Below, in pieces: positions 20,607 to 31,258 of a DNA stretch of 64,000 nucleotides. The notes below the pieces were generated by a model that was not told where the DNA came from, did no database searches, and saw only the letters and a list, made by a program, of their open reading frames with translations. Both the position numbers and the translations under genes were made by a program. The number at the start of each line of letters is the position of its first letter. Within the stretch, counting starts at the first letter, position 1. Origin of the DNA: an uncultured Thermoplasmata archaeon (GTDB lineage Archaea; Thermoplasmatota; Thermoplasmata; UBA10834); the NCBI GenBank assembly GCA_963719945.1, contig CAVRDX010000004.1:320001-384000 (forward strand), written 5' to 3'.

Positions 20607-21922
20607 CTGCTATCCTCCAGGTCGACAAGGAGTTTCTCGACTTCCTGTTTGACATCGTCGAATCCGAGCCTGGCGTCCCTGACTATCATAGAGAGGCCGT
20701 AATCGTCAGAAGTCACGTTCCCTGAGAGGGTGATGATCTTCAGCATCAGCCGCTCCTCCACTATGTCCTTGACGATGTCGAAGTTCATGGCCTGCTTCGC
20801 CTTCTCCATGCACTCGTCGAGGGTCGTGTCGGCCAGGTTCTCCGTGAGTTCGCGCCCTATGACCACGCTGACAGCTCCACTGCCGTCGTCAACTATGGCC
20901 TTGATCCTTAGGTCCGGCACTCCATCCACGCGTCCGTGTACTTTGCACATGCCCTTCTGGAGCGCGCGCTTGCACTCCGGGCATCTCATGATGAGCCCAG
21001 AGCCGTCACGCACCTCTATCAGGGCGCCCTTGATCGTCACATCGGCCGCCCCTCCCTTGGAGACTATGTCGGATATCATGGACATACCGGTCTTCTGGAG
21101 CTCTTCGATCGTCGGGAACTTCTCCTTCACCTTCGTGACGTCTGCGCGGTCGTCGAAGTTGAGCTGCGGGATGCCCCTCCAGCCTTTCACGGTCCCTTTC
21201 GATATCCTGAGTATGTCCCCTTGTTTCACTTTGAAATCAGACCACGCGGTGAACTGCACCTTGCCGGTCTCGTCAGCTATCACGCCAGAGAATATCTTCT
21301 TCGGCTCGCCCTTGACCACGACTTCCCTGTCCTCGACCGAGAGCACGCGGCCCTTGGTCTGCACATAGCCCATGCCCTCTCGGAGGTCGTTGATGGTAAC
21401 GATCTTCGGAGGACCGTCGGCGACCTGTATATCCCCGATCGTGGCCGCATCCTCCTTCTTGATGGTCACCCTGTTGCCGAAATTGATCTGCACACGTCCC
21501 TGGTACTCCCTCGTGTACGCACCCTTGACTGAGATGACCTCTCCCTTCGACAGCTGCAGCCCCTCGGTCTCCCAGGCGGTGTACGGAAGGGTCGTGGACT
21601 CGTCACCTATGAATCCGTAGATTATCCTCTTCTTCTCGCCCTTCGAAGTGATCTCCTTGTCATTCGCCGAGAGCACCTTAGCGACGAAATCGACGTTCGG
21701 CTCGTTGGGCCGTATCTCAGCCAACTTCCTCTGAAAACCCACGGAGAAGTCCTTCATCTCGCCACCGTATCTCTTCACGATGGTCTCCTTGGCCTTTGGT
21801 ATGCTGAGCCTGTAGACGTCGACGTATTTCTTCAGCTCTTCAGCGATCTCATCCTCAGACAACTTATCCCCGAGCGCCCTGGCGATCTCTTGTACGTGGG
21901 GCGCTAGATTTTCTATCTCCAT
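20603..21922 (-). CDS. rpa: Replication protein A large subunit (multi-OB fold plus Zn finger)
   Basis: GDESTTLPYTAW, ADETGKVQFTAW, RCPECKR...CKVHG...DLRIKAIVDDGSG. Confidence 0.92.
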   Translation of the reverse strand: MEIENLAPHVQEIARALGDKLSEDEIAEELKKYVDVYRLSIPKAKETIVKRYGGEMKDFSVGFQRKLAEIRPNEPNVDFVAKVLSANDKEITSKGEKKRIIYGFIGDESTTLPYTAWETEGLQLSKGEVISVKGAYTREYQGRVQINFGNRVTIKKEDAATIGDIQVADGPPKIVTINDLREGMGYVQTKGRVLSVEDREVVVKGEPKKIFSGVIADETGKVQFTAWSDFKVKQGDILRISKGTVKGWRGIPQLNFDDRADVTKVKEKFPTIEELQKTGMSMISDIVSKGGAADVTIKGALIEVRDGSGLIMRCPECKRALQKGMCKVHGRVDGVPDLRIKAIVDDGSGAVSVVIGRELTENLADTTLDECMEKAKQAMNFDIVKDIVEERLMLKIITLSGNVTSDDYGLSMIVRDARLGFDDVKQEVEKLLVDLEDSR

Positions 21923-22102
21923 TATAAATCCCCCAATGTTGTGGAGCAGCCGTTTTGTTCTCTGCTGCTGAGTATGGGAGTGTGGATTGCTCATATAAAT
22001 GGGTCTGTTAGAGGTACGCGAAAGTAGGGGGTCAGTACGCATGATTCCGAGCAAAGGTTATTGAAATGGAGGGGTATCACGGTCTAGTCGGGGGATACTA
22101 GC

Positions 22103-23347
22103 GTGAGGTTTAGGAAGGGGAGATTGGCAGCCTGTATGTTTATCGGACTCTTGATCATGATGCCCGTGAGCGTCCTGGGTCTGCCACAAGCGAACGATGA
22201 TGATGTCAAGGAATGGACGATGCTCGTGTTCTGGTGCGCAGACAACAACCTGGAGTTCTGCACTGAGTTCGCGATGGACGCTTGGGAGCGGTCGCTCACG
22301 AGCAATGAAGAGGTCAACGTGGTCGCGATGGTAGACCTCCTCTCTGTCGAAGGCACCTGGATATACGAAGTCAAGGACGGGGATTCGAAAGTGGTCAAGG
22401 AATATCCAGAACTCAACACTTCGGATCCGGCTGTGCTGAAGATGTTCGTGAATTATGGACTGGACATGTATCCTTCCGAGAAGACCCTATTGGTCGTGCA
22501 GGACCACGGCTATGGATGGCGTGGGATGTGCAAGGACGAGACCAACGGTAGCTCGTTGATGTCGGTGGACGGTCTCGCGAACGCCCTGCTCGACGTCAAG
22601 AACGACCGGGACGGCAAAGGCGTCGACATCCTGGCGTTCGATGCATGCAGCATGTCGACCATAGAGGTCGCCTACGAATTCAGGGACGCGGTATCGTATC
22701 TGGTGGCCTCGCAGACAGTGGTGCCATACGACGGCCTTCCGTACATGATGACGGTGAGCGACATGGTCGCATATCCAGAGATGTCTCCCGAAGAACTCGC
22801 AGCGGACATCGTGGAGGATTATGTCGAGTATTACAGTGACAAGCAGGCCTACGAGCACATCTATTCATATAATCAGGATTTCTCCACAGTCGCCGCGCTG
22901 AACATGTCCTACATGGGGGATGTCGGAGACGCGTTCATAACGTTCACTGAGGTGTTGTCATCCGAGATGGACAAACACCTGAAGCATGTGATGTCTGCCC
23001 GCATGGACGCCACGCTCGGCATCTGGGCGAACATAGGCGGATGGGAGTGGCAACCGGACCTCGGTGTGTTCATGGAGGATCTCGTGGGTGTGATCAGTCC
23101 GGAACTCGATGCTGCAATCGAGGACTACTTCGAGGCGCTAGACGACGCGATGGTGCTCGAGGCACACAGTGACAGGTACGACGACAAGGTCCATGGCCTG
23201 AACGTGTTCTTCCCGCCGTCTCAGTCGATGTATGATTCGTGCGCCTATTGGTGGGCGATGCAGTTCGTGTACCACGAGAGCAATCTGGACATCGTCTCGG
23301 AATCTCAATGGTACCAGTGCCTGATGACATACTACGGCACGGTCTGA
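22103..23347 (+). CDS. Secreted clostripain-family (C11) cysteine peptidase
   Basis: Signal peptide, WTMLVFWCADNNL, QDHGYGW (catalytic His), FDACSM (catalytic Cys). Confidence 0.92.
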   Translation: MRFRKGRLAACMFIGLLIMMPVSVLGLPQANDDDVKEWTMLVFWCADNNLEFCTEFAMDAWERSLTSNEEVNVVAMVDLLSVEGTWIYEVKDGDSKVVKEYPELNTSDPAVLKMFVNYGLDMYPSEKTLLVVQDHGYGWRGMCKDETNGSSLMSVDGLANALLDVKNDRDGKGVDILAFDACSMSTIEVAYEFRDAVSYLVASQTVVPYDGLPYMMTVSDMVAYPEMSPEELAADIVEDYVEYYSDKQAYEHIYSYNQDFSTVAALNMSYMGDVGDAFITFTEVLSSEMDKHLKHVMSARMDATLGIWANIGGWEWQPDLGVFMEDLVGVISPELDAAIEDYFEALDDAMVLEAHSDRYDDKVHGLNVFFPPSQSMYDSCAYWWAMQFVYHESNLDIVSESQWYQCLMTYYGTV

Positions 23348-23362
23348 TACGAGGGTGACAGT

Positions 23363-24124
23363 TCACTCGTCCGGGATGGAGCCGAGTCTATCGGCTTGCC
23401 AGCCAACGAGGGAGATCCGCTCCCTACCCATCAGCTGGTCCACTCCATCGTATCTTTCCCTCATGGCCTCCATGGCCTGCTCGTGCACATCGTCCGGGAC
23501 GTCCCATTGGTCGGAGAAAGTCCTGGTCTGGTAATTCTCGATCATCACGCCCGCATGGACGGGGTGGATGTGCCTTGCGATCTCCCTGGATGTGTCCGGT
23601 TCTAGCACCTCCGTGAGCTCGATCTCCCTGAGTCCCAGGTCTATCAACGGATACCCTAGCTCTTCGCAAGTGTCCGCGTAGAACCGTCTGAGATCCTCCA
23701 CTTCGGAGTCCTCTTTGGAGAAAACGACCGAGAGCATCCGCCCTGTGGTGACCCTGGCGATCTCCTGCAATGCGCCCTCCCAGTCCGATATGAGATGCAT
23801 GACATGGACGCTTATCGCGTCCTCGAAGGAATCGTCGGCGAACGGGAGACAGCACATGTCCGCTCGGACGAGGTCGGCCGTCCCCTTCTGAGCCGCCTTG
23901 CCCAACATGCGTTTCGATAAGTCCACCCCGATGACGGAGAACCCCATTTCCTGGAGCGGCTTCGCGAACCTGCCAGTACCGACTCCTGCATCCAATGTCC
24001 TGCCGTCCACGCTGAGTTCCTGTTCGAGCGCTCTGACGATGGTCGTCATGATGTCGTCAGGGTACTTCCTCGTCTCGTCGAACTTGTCGGCGACCCGGTC
24101 GAACGATTTGGAATTATCCGTCAT
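23363..24124 (-). CDS. Class I SAM-dependent methyltransferase
   Basis: LDAGVGTG, GVDLSKRML, LPFADDSF. Confidence 0.92.
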   Translation of the reverse strand: MTDNSKSFDRVADKFDETRKYPDDIMTTIVRALEQELSVDGRTLDAGVGTGRFAKPLQEMGFSVIGVDLSKRMLGKAAQKGTADLVRADMCCLPFADDSFEDAISVHVMHLISDWEGALQEIARVTTGRMLSVVFSKEDSEVEDLRRFYADTCEELGYPLIDLGLREIELTEVLEPDTSREIARHIHPVHAGVMIENYQTRTFSDQWDVPDDVHEQAMEAMRERYDGVDQLMGRERISLVGWQADRLGSIPDE

Positions 24125-24225
24125 GGTCCCATTGGGCAATCATGTGCCTGGTAATTCAATGATGCGATTGCGACGACCTAGCTCGCGCTGGAATATCGAG
24201 ATAATAAAAGATGAAGTTTGAGAAC

Positions 24226-24831
24226 TCACTGCGTGAATGTCTCGCCCTTCTCGTACTTCTCCCTGAGGTGCTTGAGGATGATCTCCCTGTCCCTCCTCAG
24301 GTGGCTCTCGTACCAGACCTTGATGACATCCGCGAGTATCTCGTGGTACTTCTTCTCGTCGAACTTGGCGATCGGCAAGTCCATGAGCACGTAGTTGCTG
24401 AAGATCCTCTTCCATCCAGCGTACTTGTAGTAGTGCTCTCCCTCGCAAAATTCGAATGCGAGCCTGAAATTGGTCTGGCTGTCGACACTGTAGAACCATG
24501 CCTTGAGCGAGTCTCCGACCCTTCCCTGGGTGCGGTCCGTGAGCGCGACGTTCTCTACGCCGCCGAAGTTGAAGTCCGGCTTGAGGTCCCACTGCTCAGG
24601 ATACACGACGAAGTGGGCGAAATTGGACGGCTCGGGCGACATCGTGTAGTGCACGTTGATCTTGTTGAACCTGATCCAGATTCTGAAGAGGTCCTGTAGT
24701 AGGTTCCTGTTGATCGCTATCTTTGATGTGTTCTGCTCGACCAGGTTGTCGGTGATCTGGAGTGTCTTCTTCTCGAGCTCCTCGTCGAGCGTTGCGAACC
24801 AATCAGCTTCTTTCTCTTCGGCCTTGGCCAT
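24226..24831 (-). CDS. hypothetical protein
   Basis: About 200 aa ORF with coding-like codon usage; no family recognised. Confidence 0.8.
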   Translation of the reverse strand: MAKAEEKEADWFATLDEELEKKTLQITDNLVEQNTSKIAINRNLLQDLFRIWIRFNKINVHYTMSPEPSNFAHFVVYPEQWDLKPDFNFGGVENVALTDRTQGRVGDSLKAWFYSVDSQTNFRLAFEFCEGEHYYKYAGWKRIFSNYVLMDLPIAKFDEKKYHEILADVIKVWYESHLRRDREIILKHLREKYEKGETFTQ

Positions 24832-25003
24832 GCGCATCCCTTTGAATGGTCATGATATTACATGAATATAAGACTTTGGTATTTATTCAGAACGACGATT
24901 ATTTTTCTGGCTACCCCTGATTTGCCGTTCGGAAGGGTCTTCGCGCAAACGGCTTCCCACAGCAACGTAGAAGTAACCAAATCTGGTTCACGGAAGAGAT
25001 ACC

Positions 25004-25513
25004 ATGGACTTCTGGGATTCGCTAATCACTTGGTTGGACCAGTATCAGGCAGATCCCGTCACCTACCTGTTCCTTTTCTTCCTCTTCTGCATCGCCGCGG
25101 CAATCATACTCCCGATACCCGTGGAGATACTGCTGGTCGTGCCAGGCGTCCCATTCGTGTACAAAGCGATAGTCATGGGCCTCGGGAAAGGTGTCGGGGC
25201 ATTTGCCGTATTCTACATAGGTGGGGAGATCGAACAGGTCGTGCGGAGGTTCTCTCGATGGCGATGGTTCAAGTGGCTTCTAGATAAGAGCGAGATATTC
25301 GTCAGAAGGTACGGGTATGTCGCGATGTATCTGATAATGTCCATACCTGGCATGGTGGACACCATACCCCTCTACATATTCTCGATCCTGAACAAAGAGG
25401 GCGAGCTCATGACGCTCAAAGGCTTCGTCATCGTCAATGTGATGGCTGGGATGACCCGGGCGGCGCTGATCTACACACTGTTCTTCATCTTCGACATACA
25501 GCTCTTCGGCTGA
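25004..25513 (+). CDS. DedA/VTT (SNARE-associated) membrane protein
   Basis: ILPIPVE, GKGVGA...YIG, FVRRYG, RAALI. Confidence 0.8.
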   Translation: MDFWDSLITWLDQYQADPVTYLFLFFLFCIAAAIILPIPVEILLVVPGVPFVYKAIVMGLGKGVGAFAVFYIGGEIEQVVRRFSRWRWFKWLLDKSEIFVRRYGYVAMYLIMSIPGMVDTIPLYIFSILNKEGELMTLKGFVIVNVMAGMTRAALIYTLFFIFDIQLFG

Positions 25514-25572
25514 TAATCTATCAGAAGCCTTTAATTGCGTACAGGGTGATTCTCGGCCGTCGAGGTATCTGG

Positions 25573-25932
25573 ATGGATGTCGGCGCTCCCGAGGCAGGTC
25601 TGCCTATCGGCAAGGATATGATCGCGGTACTGGGCATGCACGAGGTGCTCGTGAGGAAGTATGAGGCATCTCCTATCAAGCTCAAGTTCGTCCTGGATTC
25701 ACAACGCAGGGAACGAGTGGACGGCCATTTCGAGATGGAGTACGAGTTCAGCAGCGGCTCCGAGCTGTCCATACGCGCGAAACTGAACGGGAACGATATG
25801 GTGTTCGAAATCTACAAGGCCCGTGGCCGGTTCAACTTCTCGATCGACATCCGCAAGTGCGTCAGCGACGACCTGGTGCCGATATCAAAGTCAGAATACG
25901 AGGACATGGTCGCCCACTGGCTCCGTGCTTGA
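25573..25932 (+). CDS. hypothetical protein
   Basis: ATG at 25573 after GAGGT; beta-rich sequence. Confidence 0.7.
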   Translation: MDVGAPEAGLPIGKDMIAVLGMHEVLVRKYEASPIKLKFVLDSQRRERVDGHFEMEYEFSSGSELSIRAKLNGNDMVFEIYKARGRFNFSIDIRKCVSDDLVPISKSEYEDMVAHWLRA

Positions 25933-25936
25933 ACGG

Positions 25937-26689
25937 TCAGGTGATCTTCTCAACGGTCTTCAGCATCACGAGGTTGTTTTCCATCTCCAGTTCGAAGAGC
26001 TTCTGCGGCACGGTCGTCATCCTCATCTTGGGGATGCTCAGATAGTGCCTCATCCTGTCTCCTGAGCGGTCGGTCCTGATCTCCATGACGCCGTCGAAAT
26101 CGTGGGCCATCATGCTGAACAATTCCTCCCTGATGCCTATCGGGAACGTATGAAAGACGACGGTCTCGAACGCCCGGAGGTCGGCGAAAGCTCTCCTTCC
26201 CCACCGCATGATCTCTATCGGCGATCGCCCTGTCAGTGTGCCGGGGACGCTCTCGCAGACCGCCCTCAGACCTTTCAGGTTCGACAGCCGCTCAACGGCC
26301 GTCGCCAGACCGTCCTGGAGCATGCGCTCGTCGTCTACCTCTGTGACGGGTATTATCTTGTGCTGTATCTCCTGCTCGACGCCCATGGCAGAAGTCCGCT
26401 TGTGAAGGGAGTAACAATCGAGTATGATGAGCTGGTCGTTCGCGACGGCTTCCAGCATATCGAACCCCTGCTGCTTCATGCTCCTCATCAGGCTTGCGAC
26501 AGGTCGTGACAGACAGCAATAGATCGCGGGGAAACCGTGCTTCACGCCCTCGGCTATGAACTGCTGTAGAATACATTCCGTGAAATTCGACGGCTCCGCC
26601 CTGATGGCGACCGTCGAATTGGTCGGTATCCCACCCTGCAGAAGCGTGTCCAATCCATGGACGCCGCATGGCACCCTTGCGATTATCAT
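25937..26689 (-). CDS. RAD55/KaiC-like RecA-fold protein with degenerate Walker A
   Basis: GVHGLDTLLQGGIP, IILDCYS, DGVMEI, LSIPKMR. The P-loop position reads AEPSNFTE. Confidence 0.85.
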   Translation of the reverse strand: MIIARVPCGVHGLDTLLQGGIPTNSTVAIRAEPSNFTECILQQFIAEGVKHGFPAIYCCLSRPVASLMRSMKQQGFDMLEAVANDQLIILDCYSLHKRTSAMGVEQEIQHKIIPVTEVDDERMLQDGLATAVERLSNLKGLRAVCESVPGTLTGRSPIEIMRWGRRAFADLRAFETVVFHTFPIGIREELFSMMAHDFDGVMEIRTDRSGDRMRHYLSIPKMRMTTVPQKLFELEMENNLVMLKTVEKIT

Positions 26690-26759
26690 CTTCCTCTGCG
26701 TGGGATGGCCGCCGTGAGTATTTGCCGTTTGCTGCAGCCTGCGACGTTGCGGGTGCCCC

Positions 26760-27722
26760 TCATCTGCTGGGCGGCGACTCTATCACGGTCTCGGGTTCGT
26801 CCTTGTGTGCGAACCTGATGAGCAGGACTGCCGTTATGACGAGGGCGATGCCAGCGATCTGTATCCCGTTGATCGCCTCGTTTATGATGATGACTGCGAG
26901 TATGACGCCAGCGACAGGCTCGATGCCTGCGATTATGCTCGCCTTGCTGGCCTCGATGTGTCCGAGTGCCATCATGGCCACCACGAATGCGATCGTGCCT
27001 GGCACCAGTCCGATGAGGAAGATGTACAGCCAGGCATCCGTGCTGAGAGAAGTCTCGATCAGAGCGAAAGGATTGACTATCACGATCAGGGCCGGAAGCA
27101 TCAGTATGGACATGTACAGCGCGACCGTGTTGGACGAGTACTTCACCATGAACTTCTTCGCCCAGAGATAGTAGACCGCCGCGGCTACTGCCGTGAAGAG
27201 GCCGAGTCCTATCCCCCAGATGTTGAGCCGCATGTTTTCGAGGTCGTAGGCCCCAGCGATCAGGATCGCTCCTATGAATGTCAGTGGGAGCGCGACCGCC
27301 TTGACCGCCGTCATCTTCTCACCGAGGAGGAACACCGAGGCGACGGTGACCATGCTGGGATAGGTGTACAGGAGTATGACTGCGGTCGCGACCGATGTCA
27401 TGTCGATCGCGTTGTACCATGCGAGCGAGAAGAGCGCACCCGTGATGGTTGCGAATATGAACAACGCAGGGAGGTCTCGCGCGCTCACCCTGAACGCCTT
27501 CTTGTCGAACACGGCGAGGATGACTATGAGCACAATCGTGCCTGACAGTGCTGCGAACACGGCCACCTCGTTTGCAGTCGCACCTTTTTCGTCTATGACG
27601 ATCTTCGTCAATGTGCCCGAAGTGCCCCACAGCACTGCCGCTGCTGCCATCATCCCATATGCCATGTTCTTGGTTATCTTCACCACAGCGGGCACCTTTG
27701 ACAGGGGTACGGCAATTCCCAT
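26760..27722 (-). CDS. EamA/DMT family transporter
   Basis: LWGTSG, ILLYTYP, ASKASIIAGIEPV; about 10 TM segments. Confidence 0.93.
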   Translation of the reverse strand: MGIAVPLSKVPAVVKITKNMAYGMMAAAAVLWGTSGTLTKIVIDEKGATANEVAVFAALSGTIVLIVILAVFDKKAFRVSARDLPALFIFATITGALFSLAWYNAIDMTSVATAVILLYTYPSMVTVASVFLLGEKMTAVKAVALPLTFIGAILIAGAYDLENMRLNIWGIGLGLFTAVAAAVYYLWAKKFMVKYSSNTVALYMSILMLPALIVIVNPFALIETSLSTDAWLYIFLIGLVPGTIAFVVAMMALGHIEASKASIIAGIEPVAGVILAVIIINEAINGIQIAGIALVITAVLLIRFAHKDEPETVIESPPSR

Positions 27723-27893
27723 GATGAACCTACCCCTGAGTCCTTATGAACGTGAGGCTGTAAGGCAACAGTGTTATAAGATATCACGGTGTTTACGGAC
27801 ACCGCGCGGGATTGCAGATCTTTTGGGGGAGAAGCATGGCGAACACCTCGATTCTGGTTCGTGGTGTCAGCTCTGGAGCTAATCGATGACTCA

Positions 27894-29180
27894 TCATTCC
27901 GCGGCATGCATCTTCTTGCCAACACTGTTCTTGCCCAGTATCAGCAGCAGCGGTACCGCGACCAATGCCATGACTGCTCCGTATGTGAAGGTTGCAGACG
28001 GTCCGTAACCGTCCCAGAGGAGCCCAGCTATTATGCCTCCTGGGAGCATGACAAGCCCCACTGCCGTGTGGAACGCTCCTAGTGCGGAGCCTCTGAGGTC
28101 CCGTGGGACGAAATCCACCACATATGCTTTGAGCACACCCTCAGACGATCCTTTGTAGACACCGAACAGCGAGAAGCCAAGTATGAGCAGCAGCAGAGAG
28201 TGCGCCGAGGCCATTACCATCGATGTGACGGCGAACAGCAGGAAAGACACCACGATGACCGGTTTTCTCCCGATCCTGTCCGATAGGCTGCCTGATGGTA
28301 TGGCTACGAGGACGAAGACTATGTTGAACAGGACATAGAGGAGGATCGCTGTGACATTTGAGAACTCTGAGTCGATCGCCTGGAGGATGAAGAAAGCGTA
28401 GCTGATCTCGCCGATATAGAAGACCATCACGACAACGATTATCGACCAGAAATCCTTGCTCAGGCCCCGCATCTCAGCGACGAACTTGCGCTTTCTGGTG
28501 GTTCGTGCGCCCGCCTTCTCCTTGACGAACAGTGCGACGAGGACGGCGGCGAACGCGGGTATCGTTGCGAAGATGAATATGAGTCTGTACTGGGAAAGCT
28601 CCTCCATACTGGATGCATAGGCGAGTATTATCAGCGCGATGATCGGGCCTATCACTGCGCCCGTCGAATCCATCGCCTTGTGGAACCCGAATGCCTTGCC
28701 CATCTTCTCAGGCGCTGTCGAATCCGCTATGAGCGCATCCCTGGGTGCGCTCCTTATCCCCTTCCCTATGCGCTCGGTGATCCTGATGCCAAGGACCTGC
28801 CACGGCAGGGTGGCGAGTATCAATCCTGGTTTGACCGCCGAACTTGCCCCGTATCCTCCCAGTATGAATGGCTTGCGCCGGTCGAACCTGTCAGAATACC
28901 ATCCAGAGGCGACCTTGATCAGGGATGCGGTAGTCTCCGCAGCTCCCTCTATCAGCCCGATTACGAGGCCCGTGGCCCCTATGGCCGTCAGGAACATCGG
29001 GAGGATGGGGATGATCATCTCGCTGCTCATGTCCGTGAGCAGGCTCACGATACCGAGGATCAACACGTTCGTGCTGACTCCTGTGAGCAGCCGTTTCTTG
29101 GTCTTGCTGCCTCGAGCGCCTTCACCCTCGACGGTTATGTTCTCGCCCTCTTGTAGATCGGTGAGGGTTGAGCGGCTCAC
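27894..29180 (-). CDS. MFS transporter
   Basis: SLLTDMSSEMI, GWYSDRFDRRKP, GSLSDRIGRK. Confidence 0.95.
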   Translation of the reverse strand: MSRSTLTDLQEGENITVEGEGARGSKTKKRLLTGVSTNVLILGIVSLLTDMSSEMIIPILPMFLTAIGATGLVIGLIEGAAETTASLIKVASGWYSDRFDRRKPFILGGYGASSAVKPGLILATLPWQVLGIRITERIGKGIRSAPRDALIADSTAPEKMGKAFGFHKAMDSTGAVIGPIIALIILAYASSMEELSQYRLIFIFATIPAFAAVLVALFVKEKAGARTTRKRKFVAEMRGLSKDFWSIIVVVMVFYIGEISYAFFILQAIDSEFSNVTAILLYVLFNIVFVLVAIPSGSLSDRIGRKPVIVVSFLLFAVTSMVMASAHSLLLLILGFSLFGVYKGSSEGVLKAYVVDFVPRDLRGSALGAFHTAVGLVMLPGGIIAGLLWDGYGPSATFTYGAVMALVAVPLLLILGKNSVGKKMHAAE

Positions 29181-29399
29181 GAGATATTAGGTTATGGCTT
29201 CTGTAAGGGTGGCCACGGTCTTGATACGAATGCCCCGGTCCTGACCACAGTTCTCAGCAAGATGGACACCTCTTCTCGGAAGCCAGAACATGAGATGCTG
29301 AAGGAAAAGCCAGTACTCGATTCTATGGTGCTTCTTCTTACCAGGTTTATAAGTCTATAAAGGACAAGCTTTAAATCAATCAATAGAATATGTGCGACA

Positions 29400-30470
29400 A
29401 TGGTTCCAAGGGAACGCATCCAGAAGATACTCGAGAGCTACGATAGGAACAAGCTCACAATAGCGACAGCGTGCTCTCACACATCTCTTCAGATTTTCGA
29501 CGGTGCCCGAAAAGAAGGTCTTAAGACGCTGGGCATAACCGTCGGTCAGAACACCAAGTTCTACGATGCCTTCCCTAAGGGCAAACCCGATGAGTTCTTC
29601 AAGGTCAAGTCCTACCTCGACCTTCTTGACATGAAAGACGAGCTACTGGCCAGGAACGTCATCATCGTCCCCCACGGCTCGTTCGTCGAGTACATGACTC
29701 CCAGGAACTTCGAGGAACTTGAAGTCCCCACATTCGGGAACAGGCGTGTGCTCGAGTGGGAGAGCAACCGTGAGATGGAGCGCGAATGGCTGACATCCGC
29801 CGGAGTCGAGATGCCGAACAGGATCGAGGACCCGAAGATGATCGACCGGCCTGTCCTCGTGAAGTACGATGGTGCGAAGGGTGGAAGGGGCTTCTTCATC
29901 GCGAAGGATTATCCCGACTTCAAGCTCGGCATAGATCACACGCAGCGCTTCACGATACAGGAATACATCCTCGGCACCAGGTACTACATACACTACTTCT
30001 ACTCGCCAATAAGGTCTGAGGGGTATCAGCTCAAGAAGGGTATCCTCGAGATGCTCAGCGTCGACAGGAGGGACGAGTCGAACGTAGATGAGATGTACAA
30101 GCTAGGCGCGCAGGAAGAACTGAAGAAGCTGGGGTTCTATCCGTCGTTCGTAGTCACCGGCAACATACCGGTCGTCGTGCGCGAGTCATTGCTGCCCAAG
30201 CTCTTGGAGATGGGCGAGAGGATCATCGAACGCTCGATCGATTTGTTCGGCGGCATGATCGGTCCGTTCTGCATAGAGAGCATCGTCACTGATGACCTCA
30301 AGATCAAGGTGTTCGAGATATCGTCCAGGATCGTCGCGGGGACGAACCCGTTCATCTCGGGGTCGCCATACGCGGACCTGATCGAGCCTGGTCTGTCGAC
30401 TGGACGCCGTATCGCCCAGGAACTGAAGTTGGCCAACGAGAAGGACATGCTCATGGAGGTGCTGTCTTGA
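29400..30470 (+). CDS. purP: Formate-phosphoribosylaminoimidazolecarboxamide ligase (ATP-grasp)
   Basis: CSHTSLQIFDGARKEG, PHGSFVEY, GAKGGRGFF, FEISSRIVAGTN. Confidence 0.95.
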   Translation: MVPRERIQKILESYDRNKLTIATACSHTSLQIFDGARKEGLKTLGITVGQNTKFYDAFPKGKPDEFFKVKSYLDLLDMKDELLARNVIIVPHGSFVEYMTPRNFEELEVPTFGNRRVLEWESNREMEREWLTSAGVEMPNRIEDPKMIDRPVLVKYDGAKGGRGFFIAKDYPDFKLGIDHTQRFTIQEYILGTRYYIHYFYSPIRSEGYQLKKGILEMLSVDRRDESNVDEMYKLGAQEELKKLGFYPSFVVTGNIPVVVRESLLPKLLEMGERIIERSIDLFGGMIGPFCIESIVTDDLKIKVFEISSRIVAGTNPFISGSPYADLIEPGLSTGRRIAQELKLANEKDMLMEVLS

Positions 30471-31258
30471 ACAGACAATTCTTCTTCATAATTGCGGATT
30501 CTGAACTTGAACTGATTCCTGAGGAGCTGTTGAATGAACGATGCATATTGAACAACGCGCGCGCTCGTGGCAAGGCACCGGAGAAGATACTTCTCGACGC
30601 CTCGCATCACCATCCTGCGTTCACCAAGCTCAGGGAATCCGACAGGCGTGGAAGACCCGATATCATACATTTCTACCTCATGCTGTGCCTCGACTCCGAC
30701 CTGTCCGCTCAGGGCAGGCTCAGGACCTTCGTGCATACGAGGAACGACGATGTCATCGCCATCAACCCGGAGACGAGACTTCCTCCGAGCTTCCCGAGGT
30801 TCGTCGGACTCATCGAGACCGTCTTCGAGAAACAGATAGTCCCGTCGACCGAGAACCCGCTTCTGGAATTGAGGCAGAAAGTCCCTCTCGCGACGCTTGT
30901 GCAGGCGCTCAAGCCAGACACTGTCATAGTGATGGACGACAATGGCGAGAAGGCTGAACTGCTCCCAGAGAAGTTCGCCAACCTCGAAGGAGAGCGCGTA
31001 GTCGTGATCGTCGGAGGTTTCTCGAAAGGGACGTTCCGATCCGATCTTTCGAAACTGAAGCCCATCAGATATTCTCTCGGAGACAGGTTGATGAAGGTCT
31101 GGACGGTCACTTCAAAAGTGCTCTGCGCGATAGACATGTCGGAGAAGATGGCCGATGTGTTCGTGAAGAAACCGGAGTCGGAGCCCAAGCCCAAGGAGAA
31201 GGCAAAGCCTAAGAAAGCTTCAAAACCTCGTCCCGCTCCGAAGAAGAAAGCGGCATAG
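30467..31258 (+). CDS. nep1: 16S rRNA pseudouridine N1-methyltransferase Nep1 (SPOUT)
   Basis: LLDASHH, RGRPDIIH, RLPPSFPRFVGL, VGGFSKG. Confidence 0.93.
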   Translation: MNRQFFFIIADSELELIPEELLNERCILNNARARGKAPEKILLDASHHHPAFTKLRESDRRGRPDIIHFYLMLCLDSDLSAQGRLRTFVHTRNDDVIAINPETRLPPSFPRFVGLIETVFEKQIVPSTENPLLELRQKVPLATLVQALKPDTVIVMDDNGEKAELLPEKFANLEGERVVVIVGGFSKGTFRSDLSKLKPIRYSLGDRLMKVWTVTSKVLCAIDMSEKMADVFVKKPESEPKPKEKAKPKKASKPRPAPKKKAA

